Below, in pieces: positions 45,901 to 51,700 of a DNA stretch of 51,700 nt. Numbering within the stretch: the first letter of the stretch is position 1; the number at the start of each line of letters is the position of its first letter. The position numbers were made by a program, and so were the translations under genes. The notes beneath the pieces were generated by a model, which saw only the letters and a list, made by a program, of their open reading frames with translations, did not search any database and was not told the DNA's origin. Where the stretch lies: assembly GCA_031411235.1 (NCBI GenBank), contig JANOAR010000298.1, positions 1-51,700 of the forward strand. Reading direction: 5' to 3'. The stretch comes from Verrucomicrobiota bacterium (GTDB lineage: Bacteria > Verrucomicrobiota > Verrucomicrobiia > Verrucomicrobiales > Verrucomicrobiaceae).

Positions 45901-46110
45901 GGGCTTCGTAGCCGAGTCGAGCAGGTCGAGCCGTAGCCCGCCTTTGCGCTGTGCCTCATCACCGCCGTGGCATTGAAAACAGCGATCCGAGAGGATGGGC
46001 CGCACGTCACGATTGAACTCCAGTTTGCCAGCCGCCAGAAGAGGCAAAGGAACAACGAGGAGGAGGTAAAAGCGGCGTAAAAACATAAGTGGGTAGAACA
46101 AACGAGCCAT
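42982..46110 (-). CDS. PSCyt1 / DUF1549 / DUF1553 domain protein (Planctomycetes-Verrucomicrobia-type secreted cytochrome-domain giant, 1042 aa)
   Basis: Signal peptide. FNRDVRPILSDRCFQCHGGD (PSCyt1). Central and C-terminal regions have conserved DUF1549/DUF1553-like blocks (FNCCRCHDHKFDPISQKDFY, LLFDSPTREICTVKRSRTNTPLQAL). Confidence 0.85.
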   Translation of the reverse strand: MARLFYPLMFLRRFYLLLVVPLPLLAAGKLEFNRDVRPILSDRCFQCHGGDEAQRKGGLRLDLLDSATKPAKSGEVAIVPGKPEASELIKRVMLTAADDDVMPPAKLHKDLSASEKAVLKQWISEGAEYAGHWAFLAPKRPEVPGKTGSPIDAFIAQRLAKEGLSFSQEATPEALLRRLSLDLIGLPPTPEETAAFAAQCRAASANPRSTIPDSVLSNTIDRLLRSPHYGEKMAMQWLDYARFADSHGFQTDSSRSQWPWRDWVIEAFNSNKGFDAFTIEQLAGDLLPNATRDQVIATGFNRNHRLNGEGGLIAEEWRIENIIDRVETTGMTWMALTFNCCRCHDHKFDPISQKDFYAIFAFFNNVPESGTIQGPGNRSGGNMEPAIDVPNAEQTAKLTELDTAVASTATAATEAAKQLPQLVAAWEQSYASGTTALPAMWNLLQPVSAKSINGATLTRQPDASYLASGPNPPTDTYEIVSPVQGGSLSAVLLECLPDASMANQSLGRAHNGNFVLTGVEVAIRDAAGKDKPLKVTQATATYSQKGYEIASLAKAKAKGREGWAIDGNTRRDKTDAMFLLAAATPVPQGSVVVVKLTHGSFPNHNIGRFRLSSSSLAPSALKLVGGNALAAVDAILKTPQDKRSAKQNADLAAAYRSTIDSPVKRADDAHAAAKAAVEAFKKTLPTVMVMAELPQPRDAFILTRGEYDKPAGKVTAALPASLPAMPAGQPMNRLGLARWMVSGEHPLTARVWVNRQWEKFYGTGIVKTVENFGMQAEYPTHPELLDWLATEFVRTGWDMKAIQKQIVMSRAYRQSSTVSKALLERDPDNRLLARGPRFRLSGELMRDQALAVSGLLVPKLGGPSVRPFMPEGVWDETSKYGDLRGYKADTGEGLYRRTLYTIWKRTAAPPTMLLFDSPTREICTVKRSRTNTPLQALALLNETTYIDAARALAAQMLAHGGSTPQQRIAWAMQRVASRPVVEAELSVLTAGLAKRLAFYQTYPAEAAKLVGATLAKGAAAELAAYAMTANVLLNLDEVVTRQ

Positions 46111-46271
46111 AGTCGAAAGGTGTTGCTGGATTCCATATTCTGCCGAGTGGGATTCGTGTCACGAAAATGAGCAGCGGTGACGTTAGGAATGCGTAGAACA
46201 CCGCCAACTTCCAGCCCTGTTCGATTTCATTTCCCCCCTCATCTATTTCACTTCATCACTGCCCGCCCGTT

Positions 46272-47021
46272 ATGCAAAAGAGCAAAATCTCCCCCCTCTC
46301 GCTGTTGGCGTTCATCGCCGCAGTCGTCCTCATGGCTGGTATCGGCTGGTATTTGAGCGGCCCTAGCTCGCCCAGCGTGCCCGCAGTTGTCGCCCCCAAG
46401 GTGCCCGCCCCAGTCGCATCGAAAGACACGCCCGCGCCGACCAAGCGCCCAACCATTGCCCCTGTGGCCGATGGAGCGGGCACACCGCCCGCCGTGCCGA
46501 TGGTGGCCCAGCCGGATGCCACGCCCAACGCGGATCAAGCCGCACGCGAGGCTGCCGACCAGAAAATAGGACTCATTCTCGCCCAAACGAACGGCGTCGA
46601 AGCCACGCGGGACAAGCTTTTGCTGCTCTTCCCTGGCCTCAACAATTACGAAAAAATCGCCGCTGCCCCCCATCTCGTGAACCTCGTGATGGATCCCGAG
46701 CTGCCGCGCTTGCTGCCTTTCTTGAAAAACCCCACGACGCCCGTCGAGGCGATGGAGACGATCTTCAACGACATGCTCAACCGCCCGCCTCAGGTGGGTT
46801 GGCCAGTGCTCATCGACGTGGCGAGCAACCCGCGCCATCCCTTCAGCGAGCGTGCCAAAGAACTGCTGACCACCATCGTGGGCGAAGACTACGGCACCGA
46901 TGTGCTGGCTTGGCGGCAAGGCATGATCAAGCAACTCAACCAGCAGGGCATCTTCCTCGATGCCGCTGGCAATGTGGTGCCAGAGCCAGATGCCCCCACA
47001 GCGACTCCTGCGGGGCAGTGA
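46272..47021 (+). CDS. Hypothetical membrane-anchored protein (N-terminal TM helix, Pro/Ala-rich linker, C-terminal globular domain)
   Basis: MQKSKISPLSLLAFIAAVVLMAGIGWYL TM segment. Preferred over the overlapping minus-strand ORF 46248-46934, whose translation is Arg/His/Gly-rich. Confidence 0.5.
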   Translation: MQKSKISPLSLLAFIAAVVLMAGIGWYLSGPSSPSVPAVVAPKVPAPVASKDTPAPTKRPTIAPVADGAGTPPAVPMVAQPDATPNADQAAREAADQKIGLILAQTNGVEATRDKLLLLFPGLNNYEKIAAAPHLVNLVMDPELPRLLPFLKNPTTPVEAMETIFNDMLNRPPQVGWPVLIDVASNPRHPFSERAKELLTTIVGEDYGTDVLAWRQGMIKQLNQQGIFLDAAGNVVPEPDAPTATPAGQ

Positions 47022-47134
47022 GGGTCGTTCGCCGCTCGTTGGCCCATTCGCCAGAATGGGATGTCACGGCGGCTCCTGCGCAACCTCTGTGATCGTTTGC
47101 GGCCATCCTTCTGGTCGATTACAGGCCTGGGTTC

Positions 47135-48826
47135 ATGCAATCGATCCTCGTCCGCCTCTACCGACTCGGCCTGCTCGTGGCAGCGGTAATGCTGCTGCGC
47201 TCGGCCCCGCAGCCCGTGGCCACGGCGCTGAGCGCAGAGCAGGTGCGTGATTATTTCCCCAGGGCCGCCTCTCTCACGACCCCTGACGCGACGACGGGGC
47301 AGCAGCTCGTGCTCGACGCCGCAGGCAGCAAGCTGGGCAGCGTGGCGCAGACGGCACCGCTCAGCGATAGCAGCATCGGCTACTCGGGGCCGACGAATAC
47401 CCTCATCGCCAACGATGCTGCGGGCAGTGTGCTCGGCATCCGCATCCTGCACAGCGACGACACGCCCGAGCATGTGGCCGAAGTGGTGGGCACGCGGCGC
47501 TTTTTTGCTCAGTTCAAAGACTTGCGCCTCGGCGAAACAACCGCGCTGCCACGCCTGGATGCTGTGTCTGGTGCCACGCTGACGAGTGCCGCCATCGCTG
47601 ATGGTGTGTTGGCGCGATTGGGGCAAAAAGGCAAGGCTGGCACCTCACGACGTTTCCCTGATGAGATCACGTTAGCCGAGGTACAGCAGCTCGAAGCGAA
47701 GGCGATGACACTGCAACTTGACGCGAATAAACTCGGCGTCTTCCAGGTGCTCGATGCGGAGGGCAAGATCATCGCCAATGCCCTGCGCACGGCCCCCGCA
47801 GCCGATGCGGTGATCGGCTACAAAGGGCCCAGCGACACGCTGCTGCTACTGGATGCGAAAGGCGAGCAAGTGCGTGGCATTCGCCTGCGCCGCAGCTACG
47901 ACACACAGCGCTATGTGGGCTATGTGACGGATGATGGCTACTTCATGCACCTCTTTGACAGGATGCCTGTGAGCAAGCTCGCGACTCTCGATTTCGATGC
48001 GGCCAAGATCGAAGGTGTATCGGGCGCGACCGAGACGAGCTGGAGCATGGCCGAAGGGATGAAGAAACGTGTGGCAGAGCTACTCGCTGCCTCTCCCACC
48101 GAGGTTGTGACGGGAGGCTATGCGTGGCTCGCCACTCTGCGCAGCATCCGCTGGCGTTGGCAGGACACGGGGCATCTGCTCATCCTCGCTTCGGCTTTTG
48201 CGATGGCGTTTACTAAACTGCGCGGCATCGCCTGGGTGCGGCAACTGCATCATCTCGTGCTGGTTATTTACGGCGGCTTCATCGCAGGCGAGATGCTCTC
48301 GCAAGCACTGCTCGCAGGCTGGGCGCAGCACGGCACGCCGTGGCGCAGTGCGGCGGGTATGGTGCTGCTGGGTGTGGTGGCGCTGCTCGCGCCTGTGTTC
48401 ACCCGGCGGCAGATTTACTGCCATCATCTCTGTCCGCATGGAGCCGCGCAGCAGCTACTAGCACGGCGTTTGCCCTGGCAATTGAAGGTGCCTGCTAGGC
48501 TGAGTCGCGGGTTGGAAATCGTGCCCTTCGTCTTGCTCGCCGCAGTGCTGGCCACGAGTGCCTGGGCTTGGCGGATGAACTTGAATGCGCTGGAGCCCTT
48601 CGATGCTTACAGCCTTCGCGTGGCGGGCGTGGCGACGCTGGTCATCGCCGTGGCGGGGCTGGTGGCCTCACTATTTGTGCCCATGGCTTACTGCCGCTAT
48701 GGCTGCCCCACGGGCGCGGTTTTTAAGTTGCTGCGCTTCGCGGGTGATCACGATCGACTCGGCATTCGCGACTGGCTCGCGCTGGGCTGTATCGCTTTGG
48801 TTTGGCTGGGGATGGCGGTTGGATGA
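47135..48826 (+). CDS. NosR/NirI/NapH-like membrane protein: two periplasmic FMN-binding domains plus a polytopic domain with two CX3CP motifs
   Basis: Two FMN_bind-like segments (SSIGYSGPTNTLIANDAAGSVLGIRIL and AVIGYKGPSDTLLLLDAKGEQVRGIRL). TM helices. YCHHLCPHG and YCRYGCPTG motifs. Confidence 0.65.
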   Translation: MQSILVRLYRLGLLVAAVMLLRSAPQPVATALSAEQVRDYFPRAASLTTPDATTGQQLVLDAAGSKLGSVAQTAPLSDSSIGYSGPTNTLIANDAAGSVLGIRILHSDDTPEHVAEVVGTRRFFAQFKDLRLGETTALPRLDAVSGATLTSAAIADGVLARLGQKGKAGTSRRFPDEITLAEVQQLEAKAMTLQLDANKLGVFQVLDAEGKIIANALRTAPAADAVIGYKGPSDTLLLLDAKGEQVRGIRLRRSYDTQRYVGYVTDDGYFMHLFDRMPVSKLATLDFDAAKIEGVSGATETSWSMAEGMKKRVAELLAASPTEVVTGGYAWLATLRSIRWRWQDTGHLLILASAFAMAFTKLRGIAWVRQLHHLVLVIYGGFIAGEMLSQALLAGWAQHGTPWRSAAGMVLLGVVALLAPVFTRRQIYCHHLCPHGAAQQLLARRLPWQLKVPARLSRGLEIVPFVLLAAVLATSAWAWRMNLNALEPFDAYSLRVAGVATLVIAVAGLVASLFVPMAYCRYGCPTGAVFKLLRFAGDHDRLGIRDWLALGCIALVWLGMAVG

Positions 48827-48844
48827 TGAACCGCCATGCCTCGC

Positions 48845-50980
48845 TCACGGTGCCTGGGTCGTCTGGAATCGCGGATCGCTCCACGCAAATGGCGGACGTT
48901 TGCCGAGCAGCAGCTCGTAGATGTTGTGGTTCGTTTTCATCATCTCAGCGAGCATGTCTTTCCATGGCCGATCGGCTACGCTGATGAGGCCGGTGTTATA
49001 ACTCTCGCCATTGTATTTGCTGAACCACCGCCCTGTCGTCGCCTGATCGACCAACGTGAACCACTCGATGCCAATGACGAAGCCGAGCGCGGCGCTTTGC
49101 TCGACATAGTGGCGATACGCTAGGCCACGCTCTTGCTGACTGCTTACCTCGCGGCCACCGATGAGTCCGCTGTCCTTCGACGATGCCCAGAAGAACTCAC
49201 TGAGCATCATGGGCTTGCCGCCACACCAGGTGTGGATGCGACGCAGCGACTCGGTATCCACCCCAAACGTGTAGTAGTTGTAGGACACGACATCGACGTG
49301 TTGGCCCATGATGCGGCAGAGCTGCTCGTCATTGATCGTGATGGGCTGCAAGCGCGAGCCGATGAGCAGGTGATGCGGATCATGCTGGCGATAAAGCTTT
49401 TCGATTTGTGCGAAATAGGTTTCGAGAAACACGCCGACAAAAGCGCGCACATCGGCCTTGGCCGCATCGGTGGTCACGGCGAGTCCAGCATCGAGCAGTT
49501 CATCGAAGCTCTTCGCGCTTGCTTGCCACGTCGTATTGAATGCTGCGATGTCGGTGTATTGAGCTTTGAGGCTCTCGACGAAACGGCGCTTGCACGCGTG
49601 CTTGCTGTTCAACGAAGGGATCACGCGCGGCAGTTCGTCATAGCGTGGTTCATTGACGATGAACCAGCCGATGAGCAGCGGGTCGTTGGCCTTGCTGGGC
49701 AGTTCACGAGCGAGGTTTTCCGCGATTTTTTTCTCGGTTGGCACATCGAACGGATCCCACACTTCATGGGCACCGGGGATGCGCGGCACGCCCACCCATT
49801 CATTGATCGGCAGACTCGCCACATAAGGGAAGCTGGCCTTCACATGCGCCGTCGGTGGCGTGGGGCTGAAGGCACCGATGGAGTTGAAGCCCCACTTGCG
49901 CACGCGCTCGATCATGCGCGTGGCATAGGCGTCGAGCGAGTAGGGCTTGTCAAATTTGCGGATGGTGTTCGCTAGGTGAAACGAGAAATGAACCGCGTCA
50001 TCGCCGGGCCGGAACGCCGTCGCGAATTCACCCTCAGCCTTGGGCAGCCATTCGTAAATGCTCTCGCGTCCTTTCACATACGTGTAGTCGTCATTCGGCG
50101 CGAAGCCGCAGACGCCGAGGTGGAAAAAGGCATTGCCATCGGGATCCACGAGCCATGATTTCCCCTGCTGCTGCTCGACATGGAAGTAGCCCGTCTTCTT
50201 CAAGCCCAGCGTCGCTCCGCTGCCGGGCAATCCGCCGAAGCGATCCAAGGACGGCGTTTGGATGGCCTCCAAGTAAGTGCGCTCTGAGGCGACATCGGCC
50301 TTCAATTCTTCGAGACTGCGGAGCTTGTTTGGGAAGCTCGCCTGAAGGCTCTGCCCAAAGGTATCCACCAGCTTCGCGCTCGCTGTGAGATCCGATGTGA
50401 TGCGCAGTTTTGCCGTCGTTTTATCGGCGGTGTAGGGCACCATGAACTGCCAATTAAAGATCGCCCAGCCCCACTCGCGATTGTCTGTGAGCTGCTGGAA
50501 AGCGTAGTCCGGCGTGGTCACGCTGAGGCTCTGGCCCTGCGCGTTTTTGAGCATGAAGGACGTGGCATTGAGGCTGGCGAACTGGGGCACTTTCGGCTTC
50601 TCCTGAGGGAAGGTGCCGGATTGATCGCCGACGGCCCACGCGCCTCCCTTGGCGAATCCGATGTCGATGAGGGCACTCATCTTCCATGACTTCACCTCCG
50701 GTGGTACGCCCTTGAACGTAGCGGTGATGTCGCCGCCGCTAACCGCAACAAAGCACTCTGCTCCGCCTTCATAACGCACGGTTGCGCTGGTGCCTTCAGC
50801 TTTGACCTCGATCACCTTGTGGATGGCGGCGTGCGCTTGATCACTGAACTCGGGGTACGTCAGCGTGAGCGTCCCCAAGCTGCCCGCCGTGATCTCAATG
50901 CCTGCGCGTGTGGGCTTGAGTTCAGCCGCTGAGAGAGCAATGGCGGACGAGAGAAGGACGAGGAGCGAGAGTCGATTCAT
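48845..50980 (-). CDS. Secreted glycoside hydrolase, clan GH-A TIM-barrel type (beta-galactosidase/mannanase-like) with an N-terminal beta-sandwich region
   Basis: Signal peptide MNRLSLLVLLSSAIALSAA. Acid/base motif WFIVNEPRY. Putative nucleophile in MMLSEFFW. Family number not assignable by eye. Start ATG at 50980. Confidence 0.6.
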   Translation of the reverse strand: MNRLSLLVLLSSAIALSAAELKPTRAGIEITAGSLGTLTLTYPEFSDQAHAAIHKVIEVKAEGTSATVRYEGGAECFVAVSGGDITATFKGVPPEVKSWKMSALIDIGFAKGGAWAVGDQSGTFPQEKPKVPQFASLNATSFMLKNAQGQSLSVTTPDYAFQQLTDNREWGWAIFNWQFMVPYTADKTTAKLRITSDLTASAKLVDTFGQSLQASFPNKLRSLEELKADVASERTYLEAIQTPSLDRFGGLPGSGATLGLKKTGYFHVEQQQGKSWLVDPDGNAFFHLGVCGFAPNDDYTYVKGRESIYEWLPKAEGEFATAFRPGDDAVHFSFHLANTIRKFDKPYSLDAYATRMIERVRKWGFNSIGAFSPTPPTAHVKASFPYVASLPINEWVGVPRIPGAHEVWDPFDVPTEKKIAENLARELPSKANDPLLIGWFIVNEPRYDELPRVIPSLNSKHACKRRFVESLKAQYTDIAAFNTTWQASAKSFDELLDAGLAVTTDAAKADVRAFVGVFLETYFAQIEKLYRQHDPHHLLIGSRLQPITINDEQLCRIMGQHVDVVSYNYYTFGVDTESLRRIHTWCGGKPMMLSEFFWASSKDSGLIGGREVSSQQERGLAYRHYVEQSAALGFVIGIEWFTLVDQATTGRWFSKYNGESYNTGLISVADRPWKDMLAEMMKTNHNIYELLLGKRPPFAWSDPRFQTTQAP

Positions 50981-51094
50981 AGAGCGAGGGGCCATGGTTC
51001 GCGTGCGGGGAAAGGGACGCAAGTGGATGAAGCGTCTCTGTTCTCGGCGCACGCTGGGACGTTTTTGTTCGGCGACTTTTTGCGAGACGCACGC

Positions 51095-51700
51095 TAACGA
51101 TCATGATGAACACCATTGCCCCCACCTCGCGCGATGAAGCCCTCGCTCGCCTCACCGAGGAGCCGCTGGATGTCTTGGTGCTGGGCGGCGGCATCGTCGG
51201 CAGTGGCGTCGTGCGTGATGCAGCGATGCGTGGGTTGCGCGTGGGCCTCGTCGAGCAGCATGATTTTGCTGGTGGCACGAGCAGCCGTTCGAGCCGCCTG
51301 CTGCACGGTGGCCTGCGTTACCTCGAACAAGGGCGGCTGTTGTTGGTTCATGAGGCGAGTGTGGAGAAAAAAATCCTGGGCCACATCGCGCCGCATTTGG
51401 CGGATCCGCTCGCGTTTATCTTTCCTGCCTATCGAGGCATCGGTAGGCCCAAATGGCAGCTTGGCATCGGTGTGAAAATTTATGATCTGCTGTGCGCTGG
51501 GAAGAACTTCGGCCCGTCCAGCACACTCTCCCGCGACGAGACGCTGGGCCTTGTGCCCTCGCTGGATGGCGACCGCCTCACGGGTGCAGTGCGTTACTTT
51601 GATGCGCTCACCAACGATGCGCGACTCGTCCTCGATACGCTGCGCTCCGCCGCCCGCCACGGTGCCGCTGTCTGCAACTACGTGCAGTTTCACGATGCCC
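51095..51700 (+). CDS. glpD: FAD-dependent glycerol-3-phosphate dehydrogenase, 5' partial (runs off the window end)
   Basis: MMNTIAPTSRDEALARLTEEPLDVLVLGGGIVGSGVVRDAAMRGLRVGLVEQHDFAGGTSSRSSRLLHGGLRYLEQ is the canonical GlpD/GlpA N-terminus (FAD-binding GxGxxG, GTSSRS motif). The ORF is open to the window end. Confidence 0.85.

Noticed and set aside
44299-45936. 545-aa plus-strand ORF inside the PSCyt1/DUF1553 gene
   Set aside because: Antisense to a 1042-aa protein with multiple conserved family blocks. The composition is Gly/Ala/Arg-rich.
46248-46934. 228-aa minus-strand ORF overlapping hypothetical gene 46272-47021
   Set aside because: The minus translation is Arg/His/Gly-rich with no hydrophobic core. 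The plus-strand product has a clean TM anchor and a globular C-terminus.
51094-51693. 199-aa minus-strand ORF at the window end
   Set aside because: The plus strand from 51095 encodes an unmistakable GlpD N-terminus (FAD-binding motif, GTSSRS). The minus ORF is antisense.
1-51700. CRISPR arrays, rRNA and tRNA genes
   Set aside because: No regularly spaced direct repeats were seen, and no rRNA-like conserved stretches. The intergenic regions inspected (18734-19061, 25429-25574, 26142-26320, 29696-30072, 31244-31434, 40631-40876) lack tRNA cloverleaf hallmarks such as a GTTC-loop or CCA-end context.

Overview
This is a high-GC (~62%) chromosomal window that looks like it comes from a Verrucomicrobia/Planctomycetes-type genome. 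That call is inference from protein families (PSCyt1/DUF1549/DUF1553 cytochrome-domain giants, a c-type-cytochrome+WD40 protein, a PEP-CTERM protein, many Pro/Ala-rich secreted proteins), not a database hit. The content is mostly housekeeping genes plus envelope and signalling genes. Recognisable genes include the long-form glucosamine-6-P deaminase (NagB–LmbE), PBP1A, PabB, orotate phosphoribosyltransferase (PyrE), a MetE-like methyltransferase, AsnB-family amidotransferase, a flotillin-like SPFH protein, a carbon–nitrogen hydrolase, an FMN reductase and the start of glycerol-3-phosphate dehydrogenase (GlpD). There is also a type-IV-pilus-like pilN/O/P/Q secretin cluster on the minus strand and a signalling pair made of a PAS hybrid histidine kinase–Hpt and a REC–class III cyclase–Ser/Thr kinase fusion. 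A third signalling protein combines a REC domain, a pseudokinase, a TM segment and an FGE-sulfatase domain. No rRNA, tRNA or CRISPR could be supported by eye. The two most interesting items are these. (1) The secretin gene is split from a signal-peptide-bearing upstream ORF by a C11/G11 homopolymer, which looks like a frameshift or slippage site. (2) A lower-GC three-gene islet (a small protein, a minimal PARP-like H-Y-E ADP-ribosyltransferase-fold protein, and a DUF4926 protein) sits next to an orphan ABC-3 permease and is a candidate toxin/immunity or defence module. The many long ORFs antisense to real genes are typical high-GC artefacts and were rejected.
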